In this document: positions 1 through 9,582 of the stretch, in pieces
Numbering within the stretch: position 1 is the first letter of the stretch
Layout: each line of letters begins with the position of its first letter
The notes under the pieces: generated by a model
Database searches by the model: none
The model's input: only the letters and a program-made list of their open reading frames with translations
Told to the model about the DNA's origin: nothing
Source: Mariniphaga sp.
GTDB lineage: Bacteria > Bacteroidota > Bacteroidia > Bacteroidales > Prolixibacteraceae
Assembly: GCA_010906965.1 (NCBI GenBank)
Contig: JAAFHB010000003.1
Location: forward strand, 901-64,900
Reading direction: 5' to 3'
DNA: 64,000 nt
Translations under genes and position numbers: made by a program

Positions 1-924
1 GGCTTCGCATACGTAAAAAGCAGTGGCCAATGGCAATATGGTCGCCGAAAAAACAGAAGCGATAAAGAGTCCGAAAGCAAATGCCTGCGATGCAAATTCA
101 CCTGCAAGTGGCTTTAAAGCCAATGCCGCATCTTTGGCTTCGTTGATCTGAATCCCGTTTTCGTGCAAGGTGGAGGCACAAGCAACCATGATAAAGAATG
201 CCACCACTACCGTGGCAACACAGCCGACAACAATATCAATCAATGTATATTTATATTGCTTCATTTTCAGCCCTTTTTCAATGACTGAGGATTGCATGTA
301 AAACTGCATCCATGGTGCAATGGTCGTGCCTATAATCCCTATGATCATCGAAATGCTGTGTGTATTGATATTGAGCTGCGGGTGGATAATTGCTTGACCG
401 ATTTCGCCCCAATGTGGTTTACCCATCAGTGCCGAAACGACATACATCAAAAGCGAAACACTGAAAAGGAGAAAGATGCGTTCGGCAATTTTGTAGGTCC
501 CTTTCACAACAAGGAACCAGATCAGGAAGCCGACAATGGGTACTGAAATATATTTACTGACCCCGAAAACTTCCATGCTACCTGCCACTCCGGCAAATTC
601 GGTGGTCGTGTTACCAATGTCGGCAATCAGCAAGCCAATAAATATAAAGAAGGTGATTTTAACGCCAGCATTCTCGCGAATAAGATCCGCAAGACCTTTG
701 CCTGTTACAATTCCCATGCGGGCATTCATCTCCTGGATAACGATAAGAACAATAAAGGAGGGTATGAGTGTCCAGATCAGGTTATAACCATAAACGGCTG
801 CGGCAACTGAATACGTTGTTATCCCACCTGCATCATTATCAACACTTCCTGTGATTATTCCGGGACCCAGAATCGCTAAAAATATGCCAATCTGGCTAAA
901 CAGGGTTTTTTTATTTTTGAACAT
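1..924 (-). CDS. NRAMP/SLC11-family divalent cation transporter with NRMT-like (Mg2+-type) site residues; partial, 3' end beyond window start
   Basis: Absent from the ORF track because it runs off the window. Hand translation of the minus strand from ATG 924-922 gives MFKNKKTLFSQIGIFLAILGPGIITGSVDNDAGGITTYSVAAAVYGYNLIWTLIPSF...MIIGIIGTTIAPWMQFYMQSSVIEKG... The frame is open and TM-rich for all 308 codons down to position 1. NRAMP TM1- and TM6-type motifs are recognisable. Plus-strand ORFs 292-1087 are shadow ORFs. Confidence 0.8.
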   Translation of the reverse strand, partial: MFKNKKTLFSQIGIFLAILGPGIITGSVDNDAGGITTYSVAAAVYGYNLIWTLIPSFIVLIVIQEMNARMGIVTGKGLADLIRENAGVKITFFIFIGLLIADIGNTTTEFAGVAGSMEVFGVSKYISVPIVGFLIWFLVVKGTYKIAERIFLLFSVSLLMYVVSALMGKPHWGEIGQAIIHPQLNINTHSISMIIGIIGTTIAPWMQFYMQSSVIEKGLKMKQYKYTLIDIVVGCVATVVVAFFIMVACASTLHENGIQINEAKDAALALKPLAGEFASQAFAFGLFIASVFSATILPLATAFYVCEA

Positions 925-936
925 TACCAAAAGCCG

Positions 937-2211
937 CTATTTATTAGTTCTGCGTTTGCGAATTAAATCTTCGATCACATCATCAATGACAACCATCCCT
1001 TTCAAAACGTTCTTCTTGTCGACAACAGGTATGGCCAGCAGGTTGTATTTCGAAACAATTTCGGCTACTTCATTGATCTTTTGGTAATCGCGTAAATGAA
1101 CCGGCGAAGGTTTCATGATCTGATTAATCTTTACATCAGGCGAAGAAATTACAACATCACGTATCGAGAATGTGGCCAGTAATATTTCGTTCTCGTCGAT
1201 TACAAAAAGGTTGTAGAGTGTTTCAAACTCTGGCTTCTTTGTTCGAAGCTCAATAAGAACCTCCTCAATGGTCATGTTCTGATTGAATGACAAAACGTCG
1301 GACGACATGATGCTACCAACAGTATGGTCGGGATAAACGAGCAGCTCCCTTACTTCCTGGGAGGTGTCTTTTTCCATTTCATTAAGCAGTAATTCTGCTC
1401 TTTCGTCCTCGAGTGCATCGAGAATATCTGCAACCTCGTCGGCGGGCATCTTGTCTAAAACATCGGCTGCTTTTTCAATCGAAAGACTTTCAAGTATATG
1501 AACCTGTGTCTCTGTTTCGAGCTCTTCCATTACATCGGCAGCTCTTTCATTGTCGAGTGTCGAGAATACTTCAGCACTAGCCTTGCGACCTAAATCTTCG
1601 ATAATGTCGGCCAGATCGGAAGGGTGCAGCGTTTGAAGCTTTGAATAACTTTTCGAAAGCTTTATATTCAGGTTGGATGAATCAATCGTTTCGACATCTT
1701 CCCAAAGAATAAACTTGGCGGGAATGGTTGTATTAAAAACCGAGAATGCAAATTTCATGGGTTTTGCAATGCCAATTCTTCGCAGTAATCCCTCCATTCC
1801 GATATCGACGGCTACTGCAAAAGTGTCGTTGACGATTGTTACTAACCGCACATCATTTACGCGGACAAGTTTTCGGCCATTGATGTCAACGATTTGATTG
1901 TCGAGGACAGCCTCGACAAGGTATAAGTTACTATTTATTTGATCTGTCGATAATTCAATTAATTGGTCGCAGAAAACTTTTGTTTTACCATTCACTTTTT
2001 CGATGTGGAAAGTCTGAAAGGAATAGAATGTACTCTGATTATTCCGTTTGATCTTAATGCCGTTAACAACCGGATGTCCCGACGAATGCGTCGTAGATTC
2101 GGGATCAACCAGTAAATCTTTGACAACGCCAACGTATTGACGATGATTGTCGAAAACTTTTTGGCCGATGACGCGGCTTAAGTAAAATGTGGTTATTGAA
2201 TTCATAAACAC
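937..2211 (-). CDS. Soluble MgtE-N domain + CBS-pair protein with two N-terminal PRC-barrel-like segments (no transmembrane domain)
   Basis: 424-aa ORF. The acidic helical MgtE_N-like stretch reads LHPSDLADIIEDL...AADVMEELE...AADVLDKMPADEVADILDAL...ELLLNEM. It is followed by a CBS pair (TVGSIMSSDVLSF...LLAIPVVDKKNVLKGMVVIDDVIE). The N-terminal YLSRVIGQKVFD...GVVKDLLVD and LDNQIVDINGRKLVRVNDVRLV segments resemble PRC barrels. No hydrophobic helices are present. The stop lies 12 nt before the NRAMP start. Confidence 0.8.
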   Translation of the reverse strand: MFMNSITTFYLSRVIGQKVFDNHRQYVGVVKDLLVDPESTTHSSGHPVVNGIKIKRNNQSTFYSFQTFHIEKVNGKTKVFCDQLIELSTDQINSNLYLVEAVLDNQIVDINGRKLVRVNDVRLVTIVNDTFAVAVDIGMEGLLRRIGIAKPMKFAFSVFNTTIPAKFILWEDVETIDSSNLNIKLSKSYSKLQTLHPSDLADIIEDLGRKASAEVFSTLDNERAADVMEELETETQVHILESLSIEKAADVLDKMPADEVADILDALEDERAELLLNEMEKDTSQEVRELLVYPDHTVGSIMSSDVLSFNQNMTIEEVLIELRTKKPEFETLYNLFVIDENEILLATFSIRDVVISSPDVKINQIMKPSPVHLRDYQKINEVAEIVSKYNLLAIPVVDKKNVLKGMVVIDDVIEDLIRKRRTNK

Positions 2212-2585
2212 CTCCTTGCTTTTTGGTATAGCAAAGAGCGCAAACGATTGGGTTGGCTTTCCTGCTATATCAGGTTAATAATTAATGTACTCGCAGGCCC
2301 GTCGTCCATTGCTTTTAATAATATTGGTTTGCGGCGCAAAAGTATATTTTTTGCATCAGGAAAAAAACAATCAACAGTTTTTTATTGCTAACTTAAGGTT
2401 AAATTCTTGCAACCTTTTAGCACAGGAAAACCATTCCGGTGCTAAAGGCTAATTCTTACAAAATTTAGCTACCTTACACAAAAATTTATAGTACTATGGA
2501 TGACCATCCGGCGGAGATAAAAAATTTAAATTAAAGGGGCGATGATTTGCGTTTGCCTCTTTTAATATATTGGAGGAGAAGCGTT

Positions 2586-3509
2586 ATGATTACCTTTTTA
2601 AAAAATGACAAAGGATTCCGTCCTATCGAAGAATGGATCCCCAATTGCTGGATCAATGTTGAATGTCCCACGGAAGACGAAGTGGTAGTTCTTAGCGAGA
2701 AATACAATATTCCCGCCGAGTTTATCTCGGATATTGCGGATACAGATGAGCGGCCTCGTTCGGAGGTTGATGATGATTACCAATACCTGATTATTCGCAT
2801 CCCCCATTTTTCAGATAATGGCGCTCCATATATTACGGTCCCTTTTGGAATTATTTTTTCGAATGAAGTGATTCTAACACTCTGTTATTACCAAACACAT
2901 ATGCTCGCTGATTTTACTGTTTATACCCAACGGAAAAACATCAATGTAGCCAATAACTTCGACTTTGTGATGCGCCTGATTTTGTCGTCGTCCATTTGGT
3001 TCCTGAAATACCTTAAGCAGATCAATAACCAGATCAGACAGGCAGAAATTGAATTGGAAAGATCGATTAAAAATAAGGAGCTGCAAAGCCTTATGTCGAT
3101 CGAAAAATCATTGGTCTATTTTATTACCTCCTTGCGTGGAAATGGAATTCTTTTCTCCAAAACCAAAAATCTTAAATTCAGTAAGGAGTTTTTCGATGAA
3201 GACCTTTACGAAGATGCCGAAATCGAGTTGAGGCAGGCAATCGAAACGGCGACGATCTACAGCAATATTCTTAGCGGAATCAGGGATTCGTATGCTTCGG
3301 TGATCTCGAATAACCTGAATGTGATCATTAAGCAATTGACCAGCATCTCAATTATTTTGATGATGCCAACTGTGATTGCCAGTATTTTCGGGATGAATAT
3401 TCCTAATTTCCTCGAACACAATAGTTTTGCGTTTATGTGGGTTATTCTTGGGTCGTTCCTGATATCAATTGTTAGCGTGCTGTTATTTAAACGCCGTGAC
3501 TGGTTTTGA
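2586..3509 (+). CDS. corA: CorA-family magnesium/cobalt transporter
   Basis: The ORF track gives 2547-3509; I prefer ATG 2586 (MITFLKND), which is preceded by GGAGGAG. The C-terminus has two TM helices flanking the signature GMN motif (ASIFGMNIPNF). A cytoplasmic alpha/beta plus coiled-coil N-domain is present. Confidence 0.85.
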   Translation: MITFLKNDKGFRPIEEWIPNCWINVECPTEDEVVVLSEKYNIPAEFISDIADTDERPRSEVDDDYQYLIIRIPHFSDNGAPYITVPFGIIFSNEVILTLCYYQTHMLADFTVYTQRKNINVANNFDFVMRLILSSSIWFLKYLKQINNQIRQAEIELERSIKNKELQSLMSIEKSLVYFITSLRGNGILFSKTKNLKFSKEFFDEDLYEDAEIELRQAIETATIYSNILSGIRDSYASVISNNLNVIIKQLTSISIILMMPTVIASIFGMNIPNFLEHNSFAFMWVILGSFLISIVSVLLFKRRDWF

Positions 3510-3514
3510 AAAGC

Positions 3515-3694
3515 AGGGAGAAAAGGAGAGTGGGAGAGTGGGAGAATAGGAGAGTGAGAGAGTGGGAGAATGAGAGAAAAGGAGAATGGGAGAAAAGGAG
3601 AACGACTGTTTTATCCTGATTCTTTCTCTCTCTCCATCACCCATTCTCTCCATCATCACCCATTCTCCCCATCACCCTTTCTCCCTTCCCATCA
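3515..3694. repeat. Strand-asymmetric low-complexity imperfect inverted repeat (C-free GGGAGA-rich arm, then G-free TCTCCC-rich arm) between convergent corA and recG
   Basis: By direct reading, 3515-3602 contains no C (88 nt) and 3619-3694 contains no G (76 nt). The units TGGGAGAG/GGGAGAAAAGGAGA are mirrored by CATCACCCATTCTCYC. The core GGAGAATGGG is perfectly complementary to CCCATTCTCC. Confidence 0.85.
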
Positions 3695-5797
3695 GCTAAT
3701 CGATCCCCAGTTAATAAGATTCTTCTTCAGGGCGATTAACTGTTTCTTCAGAATATCGTTTTGAGGTTTTTCGAGCATCGGGTCTTCGGCGATAATGCTT
3801 GTTGCAATGTCCCGCGCGTATTGAAGAATCTGACCATCTTTCGCCAGGTTGCTAATTTTCAAATCGAAAGCAATTCCGCTCTGCTGTGTTCCTTCTATAT
3901 CGCCCGGTCCCCTGAGTCGCATATCGGCTTCTGCAATTTCGAATCCGTCGTTAGTTGCCACCATTGTTTCGATCCGTTTTCGGCTATCTACCCCAAGTTT
4001 GAATCCGCTCAGTAAAATGCAGAATGACTGTTCGGCACCACGCCCCACGCGACCACGCAACTGGTGAAGTTGCGACAACCCAAATCTTTCGGAACTTTCA
4101 ATAATCATTACCGAGGCATTCGGTACATCGACACCAACTTCGATAACGGTAGTTGCTACCAATATTTGAGTTTCGCCTTGTTTGAACCGCTGCATTTCAG
4201 CTTCTTTGGCGGCTGGTTTCATTTTTCCATGAACCATCCCGATCGAATATTGGGGTGAAGGGAAGAGCTTCTGAATATGCTCAAAACCCTCTTCGAGGTA
4301 TTTATAATCAAGCTTTTCCGATTCTGAAATCAGCGGATAGACCACATAAATCTGACGTCCGTTTGCAATCTCATTTCGGATAAAATCGTATAATTGGGCA
4401 CGCTTATTCTCGAAATAGTGCACTGTTTTGATCGGCTTCCGGCCCGGAGGCAGTTCATCTATCACCGAAACATCCAGATCGCCATAAACCGTCATGGCCA
4501 ATGTGCGTGGAATAGGGGTAGCGGTCATTACGAGGACATGTGGCGGGATAAAATTTTTGCGCCACATCTTCGCCCGCTGGCCTACCCCGAAGCGGTGCTG
4601 TTCGTCGATGACCACAATGCCAAGCGATTTAAACTGGACAATGTCCTCCAGTAAGGCATGGGTTCCTATTAAAATATGGAGTTTGCCGTTCAGCGATTCT
4701 TCGTGAATAATTAGCCGGTCCTTCTTTTTGGTCGATCCTGTCAATAAGCTGACCTTGACGGGCATGTCGCCCAGAAATTTCTGAAGCGAAACAAGGTGCT
4801 GTGTGGCAAGAATTTCTGTTGGAGCCATCATACAACATTGAAAACCGTTGTCCAGCGCAATAAGCATCGACATCAGTGCCACCATTGTTTTACCGCTGCC
4901 CACATCTCCCTGGAGGAGACGGTTCATTTGCCTGCCCGATCCCATGTCCTTGCGGATCTCCTTAACCACCCTTTTTTGTGCACCCGTCAGCTCGAAAGGA
5001 AGGTGTTTGTAAAAGAAGTCGTTGAAGAAATCGCCAACGTTGGAAAAGATGTGCCCCTTGAATTTTTTATGACGATCTTCTTTAAGATGGAGCAATTTAA
5101 GCTGGATGAAGAACAACTCCTCAAACTTCAAACGATATTCTGCTTTTCGAAGTAGTTGTGGATTCTCGGGAAAATGGATATTTACCAAAGCCGGTTCAAG
5201 TCCTAAAAGTCCCAGTTTTTGAACCAGCCATGCTGGCATCGATTCATAAATGTGCCCTTTTGCAAGCTGAAGCGCTGCATATTGAAGTTTAAGAATGACT
5301 TTTGAATGTAGAAAATTGGTTTTCAGCTTCTCCGAAGTGTTATAAAATGCCTGGATGTAGCCCTCATTTTTAGTCGATTCGGATTTGTTTTCATCCATCT
5401 CCGGATGAACAATACTGAATTGTCCGTTGAATTCGGCTGGTTTTCCGAAAACAATGTATTCGACAGTCGTTTTCAAAGTTGGTTTTACAAACTTTATCCC
5501 CTGGAACCAGATCAGTTCCAGAATACCGGTTCCATCAGTGAGGTAAGCCACTAATCGTTCGTTGCGACCCGTGCCAGCCATTTCCATTCCCGTGATGCGT
5601 CCTTTCACCTGAATGTGGGGTAAACTGCTGTTTATCTCACGGATGGTGTAAAATTTGGTCCGGTCGACATATTTATATGGAAAGTAGTAAATCAGATCGC
5701 CGATGGTAAATACCTTCAGCTCCTGATTGAGTATTACAGACTTTCGTGGTCCGACACCCGTAAGAAATTTAATATCCTGTGATAGTATTCCCGACAT
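3692..5797 (-). CDS. recG: ATP-dependent DNA helicase RecG
   Basis: 701 aa. It has an N-terminal wedge/OB region, Walker A GDVGSGKT, DEQHRFG (motif II), and helicase C motifs including QLHQLRGRVGRG. Confidence 0.95.
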   Translation of the reverse strand: MSGILSQDIKFLTGVGPRKSVILNQELKVFTIGDLIYYFPYKYVDRTKFYTIREINSSLPHIQVKGRITGMEMAGTGRNERLVAYLTDGTGILELIWFQGIKFVKPTLKTTVEYIVFGKPAEFNGQFSIVHPEMDENKSESTKNEGYIQAFYNTSEKLKTNFLHSKVILKLQYAALQLAKGHIYESMPAWLVQKLGLLGLEPALVNIHFPENPQLLRKAEYRLKFEELFFIQLKLLHLKEDRHKKFKGHIFSNVGDFFNDFFYKHLPFELTGAQKRVVKEIRKDMGSGRQMNRLLQGDVGSGKTMVALMSMLIALDNGFQCCMMAPTEILATQHLVSLQKFLGDMPVKVSLLTGSTKKKDRLIIHEESLNGKLHILIGTHALLEDIVQFKSLGIVVIDEQHRFGVGQRAKMWRKNFIPPHVLVMTATPIPRTLAMTVYGDLDVSVIDELPPGRKPIKTVHYFENKRAQLYDFIRNEIANGRQIYVVYPLISESEKLDYKYLEEGFEHIQKLFPSPQYSIGMVHGKMKPAAKEAEMQRFKQGETQILVATTVIEVGVDVPNASVMIIESSERFGLSQLHQLRGRVGRGAEQSFCILLSGFKLGVDSRKRIETMVATNDGFEIAEADMRLRGPGDIEGTQQSGIAFDLKISNLAKDGQILQYARDIATSIIAEDPMLEKPQNDILKKQLIALKKNLINWGSIS

Positions 5798-5861
5798 AAA
5801 GCAAACTTACACGAAAAAAGCATTTTTACAAACTGCTTACCACTGTTTCGTGATTCTTTGT

Positions 5862-5869
5862 TAGATTTG
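5862..5869 (+). promoter_or_regulatory. Candidate Bacteroidota -7 promoter box (TAGATTTG) upstream of the 5889 gene
   Basis: Exact match to TAnnTTTG, ending 20 nt before ATG 5889. No clear -33 TTTG was seen. Confidence 0.35.
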
Positions 5870-5888
5870 CCGCGACAATCCATAAAAA

Positions 5889-6650
5889 ATGAAGTTTCGA
5901 ATTATTCGCAGGATCATCTATTTGAAAAGTGCACGTCATCGTCGCGGGCACGGTATTCACTCCCCGTTTTTGTTTCGTCTGATCACCGAGGTTGTCGAGA
6001 ATAGAAGTAAACTTCCGGAATATAAGATTTTTAAGGATTTGAAGGAGCATTCAATGAATATATTGGAAGATTCTTCTGAGCCTTTATTGTCAGCTGTTTA
6101 TCATCAGTTTAACTTATCTCCCGCGAATCCCCACCGGCTTTATCGAAAAGTAGAATTGTCGCTCCGGTACGCAAAAGTAGTGTTCAGGCTTTTACGCGAA
6201 TTTAAACCATTGTCGGTCATTAATTATGGACCAACACTGGGAGCCAACCTGGCGCTCCTGGCAATGGCAAATAAGGATAGCCTGGTATATCAATACATAA
6301 ATGACGTTGCATACGAACAGATTAGCAACGATCTGCTCAAGTATCTGACGATCTCGAATGTCCGTTTTTTCAATGAAAGTTCAGTTTCTACAAATGACAC
6401 TGCGTTTTTAATAATTAACTATCCGTATAACCCTGCCGTATCGCGTGAAGTGGTGCGGAAACGTCTTGAAATGCATGGTGATGATGATGTTATGATTATG
6501 CGGGGAATACATGAATCGAAAGCAATGGAAGCGATCTGGAAGGAGACGATTGCCAGCGAAAGTGTGCGGGTGTCGCTCGATCTCTTCGAAATTGGAATCA
6601 CTCTTTTTCGCAAAGGATTGCAGAAAGAAAATTTTATTCAGCGATTTTGA
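5889..6650 (+). CDS. Conserved hypothetical protein, possibly a degenerate class I methyltransferase-like fold
   Basis: 253-aa ORF with clean coding appearance. The N-terminal GHGIHSPFLF motif and the overall size remind me of Bacteroidota O-methyltransferase-like proteins. No clear SAM-binding GxGxG was seen. Confidence 0.45.
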   Translation: MKFRIIRRIIYLKSARHRRGHGIHSPFLFRLITEVVENRSKLPEYKIFKDLKEHSMNILEDSSEPLLSAVYHQFNLSPANPHRLYRKVELSLRYAKVVFRLLREFKPLSVINYGPTLGANLALLAMANKDSLVYQYINDVAYEQISNDLLKYLTISNVRFFNESSVSTNDTAFLIINYPYNPAVSREVVRKRLEMHGDDDVMIMRGIHESKAMEAIWKETIASESVRVSLDLFEIGITLFRKGLQKENFIQRF

Positions 6651-6817
6651 TTTATTTTATTCTCTTCCGTTAACGTACAAGGTTGTTTTAACCATTTCTA
6701 TTCCTATCTTTACGATCTTTAATTTTAACCCAAACCAATTTTTTTCTTGATTTTAATATTCTGTAAACGAATAGTTTAACTAATTATTCGTTGAGAAAAG
6801 ATGTTAATTTGTTTATT

Positions 6818-8182
6818 ATGAATAAAAAAAGAGTATTAGTCATTCTGTGTGCGTTAATCGCTCTGTTAACGATCGTATTTTTCATTTGGAACCGAAATTC
6901 CGGCGAAGTGGTGATTACGTGTAAGGTAATGAAGGGACCGGTTGAGGTTAAGATTCATACATCGGGACAGTTGGAATCCGAAAATTCCGAAAATATTATT
7001 TTGCCTGCCGTGTTGTCGGGTCAGAACGTGCGGATTTATGAGATAAAGATTACCGATCTTATCGAAGAGGGCACTGTTGTCGATTCCGGGCAATATATTG
7101 CCACACTCGATCATAAAGTGATTGAAGAGGTGCTGACAGCCGCGCGTCTCGAATTGGAAGCCGCAGCCGCAGTGGTCGAAGATGCAAAACTGGATTCAAA
7201 TCTTAATTTAAGCAATTATCGCGACCTCATCGTGAATTCAAAGTCGGATGTTGAAGAACGCAAGATTGTTTTGGCGGAGTCGGTTTACGAATCTCCATCG
7301 GTTATAAAGAAAGCGGAAATGGATGTCAACAAAGCTGAAAGGAAACTCACACAGGATATTAAAGGTCTTGAGATGCGGAAACGGCAGTTGGGATCACAAA
7401 TGGAAAGACGAAAAATCGACTACAATCAAAAACAGCAACGGGTTGATGATCTGCTGAAATTGTATGATGCACTGATTATTAAAGCGCCAAAACCGGGGAT
7501 GGTGATTTACGCGAAAGACAGATTTGGAATTAAAATTCAGATAGGATCTGTGTTGACGCCCTGGAGTCCGATCATTGCAACTTTACCCGATATGACAAAG
7601 ATGATCTCCGAAACATATGTAAATGAGATTGATATCTCTAAAATTAAAGTCGGGCAGAAGGTTAGTTTAAGTATTGATGCATTTCCTGACAAGGAGTTGA
7701 AAGGTGACGTGATATCGGTTGCCAATATTGGGCAGCCAATGCCGAAGAGCGATTCGAAAGTTTTTGAGGTAAATATTCGAATTCATGGCAGCGACCGCGA
7801 TTTAAAACCTGCTATGACAACGGGAAATGTTATCCAGACAGGTTCGTATTCCGATAAAATATATGTCCCTTCCGAAGCCGTTTTTGAAACCGATTCAACA
7901 AAGTTTGTCTATGTGAAAAAGAAAGAAGTGGTTCGGCAAATTGTGGATACAGGCGATGAAAATGAAGATTATGTGATTGTAAATAAAGGTATTGCCGAAG
8001 GTGAAGTTTTGCTGCTAAACGAACCCGAAAAGCTGGATGATATTGAGACAAAAGGCTGGGAAATATACGATGAGCAGATCCGCAAACTGAAGGAAAATAA
8101 GCAAAACAACAATCAGCCAGCAATTTCGGCGAAGGCGGATACGGTCAGAAATGACGCTAAAGGCAAAAAGACGGAACGTTGA
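6818..8182 (+). CDS. HlyD/MacA-family periplasmic efflux adaptor (paralog 1)
   Basis: The ORF track gives 6791-8182; ATG 6818 (MNKKRVLVILCALIALL) provides a membrane anchor. A long coiled-coil middle region and a C-terminal beta-barrel segment (VSLSIDAFPDKELKGDVISVANIG) are present. Confidence 0.85.
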   Translation: MNKKRVLVILCALIALLTIVFFIWNRNSGEVVITCKVMKGPVEVKIHTSGQLESENSENIILPAVLSGQNVRIYEIKITDLIEEGTVVDSGQYIATLDHKVIEEVLTAARLELEAAAAVVEDAKLDSNLNLSNYRDLIVNSKSDVEERKIVLAESVYESPSVIKKAEMDVNKAERKLTQDIKGLEMRKRQLGSQMERRKIDYNQKQQRVDDLLKLYDALIIKAPKPGMVIYAKDRFGIKIQIGSVLTPWSPIIATLPDMTKMISETYVNEIDISKIKVGQKVSLSIDAFPDKELKGDVISVANIGQPMPKSDSKVFEVNIRIHGSDRDLKPAMTTGNVIQTGSYSDKIYVPSEAVFETDSTKFVYVKKKEVVRQIVDTGDENEDYVIVNKGIAEGEVLLLNEPEKLDDIETKGWEIYDEQIRKLKENKQNNNQPAISAKADTVRNDAKGKKTER

Positions 8183-8208
8183 TGATCATTGATTTATAAA
8201 GTACTGAA

Positions 8209-9573
8209 ATGAATATAAAAGCTTATTATAATCGCTATTCTTACAACGTCGTCATTGCTTTGGAGGCGATTGTAGCGAACAAGGTTAAATCACTTTTGAC
8301 CGGATTGGGTATTATTTTTGGAGTGGCAGCTGTTATCAGTATGTTGGCCATCGGGAATGGGGCTGAACAGGAGATTCTTGAGCAAATCAAGATGGTTGGC
8401 GTGAATAATATCATTGTTACGCCCATCTTGAAGAACGATCAGGCAGGTGCGAATGATCAAAATACCAGTGCTGCGACAGAGGGAAATCAGCTTGCCGGCA
8501 GTAAAAAGAAATTTTCAAAAGGTCTGACCCTTTTGGATGCGCAATCGATCAAAGAGATCATACCCACCGTTCAGGATGTTTGTCCGATAATTACGTTTAA
8601 CTATTCGGCCATCCTTAACGACATCAGCAGTCCGGTGAAACTCGACGGTACCGATAATACTTATTTTAACCTCTTCGATATCAAACTGGAAAGCGGAACG
8701 CTTTTCCATCAGCAACATTTAAAGGAAGGATACCCGGTTTGCATCATTGGCAATAATATAAAGAACGTTTTTTTTAACCAGGATGCACCTGTCGGAAAAT
8801 ACATTAAATGTGGTCAGATCTGGCTTCAGGTAATCGGTGTGATCGAAAAACGGAGCTTTGTGGGTACCGGAGGTGGAACAATGGCAATCAGCAGCACCGA
8901 CAACAGCATCGTTATTCCTGTAAAAACAATGCTTCTTCGGTTTCGCAACCGTGCGCTTATCAGGGGCGATCAGGTGAAACTGGCGGGCATGTCGCGTGAT
9001 AATACGGTATTGAAAATTGAAGATACCAATCAGTTGGATAAGATCATCATTCGTGTTAAAGAGACGGATCAACTTACGGCAACGGCAAAAATTGCAGGGA
9101 ATATGCTGATGCGAAAACACAATGATATCCGCGATTTTGATATCAGTATTCCTGAGCTTTTGTTGAAACAACAGCAAAAAACCAAAAATATCTTTAACAT
9201 CGTACTTGGGGCAATTGCCGGCATCTCGTTGATTGTTGGTGGAATAGGTATTATGAATATCATGCTTGCATCCGTGATGGAGCGAATCCGCGAGATCGGG
9301 ACGCGCCAGGCAATTGGCGCATCGAGGAAAGACATTGTTTTTCAGTTTCTATCTGAATCAACCTTAATCAGTGTAGTCGGTGGTTTAATCGGAATTATCC
9401 TGGGGGTGGTTCTGTCGAAAATAATTCAGACCATGTTCGATATAAAAACGATCATCTCTATATTCTCCATTTTTATCTCCTTTGGTGTTTCTGTTTTTAT
9501 CGGAATCACCTTTGGATATCTCCCTGCCAAAAAGGCTGCCGAAAAAGACCCTGTTGAATCATTAAGACAATAA
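8209..9573 (+). CDS. ABC transporter permease, MacB/FtsX family
   Basis: 454 aa. It has an N-terminal TM helix, a large periplasmic domain, and a C-terminal FtsX-type 3-TM bundle (GIGIMNIMLASVMERIREIGTRQAIGA). Confidence 0.9.
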   Translation: MNIKAYYNRYSYNVVIALEAIVANKVKSLLTGLGIIFGVAAVISMLAIGNGAEQEILEQIKMVGVNNIIVTPILKNDQAGANDQNTSAATEGNQLAGSKKKFSKGLTLLDAQSIKEIIPTVQDVCPIITFNYSAILNDISSPVKLDGTDNTYFNLFDIKLESGTLFHQQHLKEGYPVCIIGNNIKNVFFNQDAPVGKYIKCGQIWLQVIGVIEKRSFVGTGGGTMAISSTDNSIVIPVKTMLLRFRNRALIRGDQVKLAGMSRDNTVLKIEDTNQLDKIIIRVKETDQLTATAKIAGNMLMRKHNDIRDFDISIPELLLKQQQKTKNIFNIVLGAIAGISLIVGGIGIMNIMLASVMERIREIGTRQAIGASRKDIVFQFLSESTLISVVGGLIGIILGVVLSKIIQTMFDIKTIISIFSIFISFGVSVFIGITFGYLPAKKAAEKDPVESLRQ

Positions 9574-9582
9574 ACGTTCGTT

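Noticed and set aside
292-1087. Three plus-strand ORFs (84, 83 and 78 aa) at the left edge
   Set aside because: They lie antisense to a continuous 308-codon minus-strand NRAMP reading frame with clear family motifs. Their translations look non-protein-like, so they are shadow ORFs.
3570-3764. 64-aa ORF (MREKENGRKGERL...HHHPFSPSPFLPS)
   Set aside because: It is simply a read-through of the GGGAGA/TCTCCC low-complexity inverted repeat, and it overlaps the recG 3' end.
5802-5809. TAAGTTTG -7 box on the minus strand as the recG promoter
   Set aside because: The motif match is exact, but it ends only 4 nt from the annotated recG ATG. The transcription start would then fall at or inside the start codon, so the call is too uncertain.
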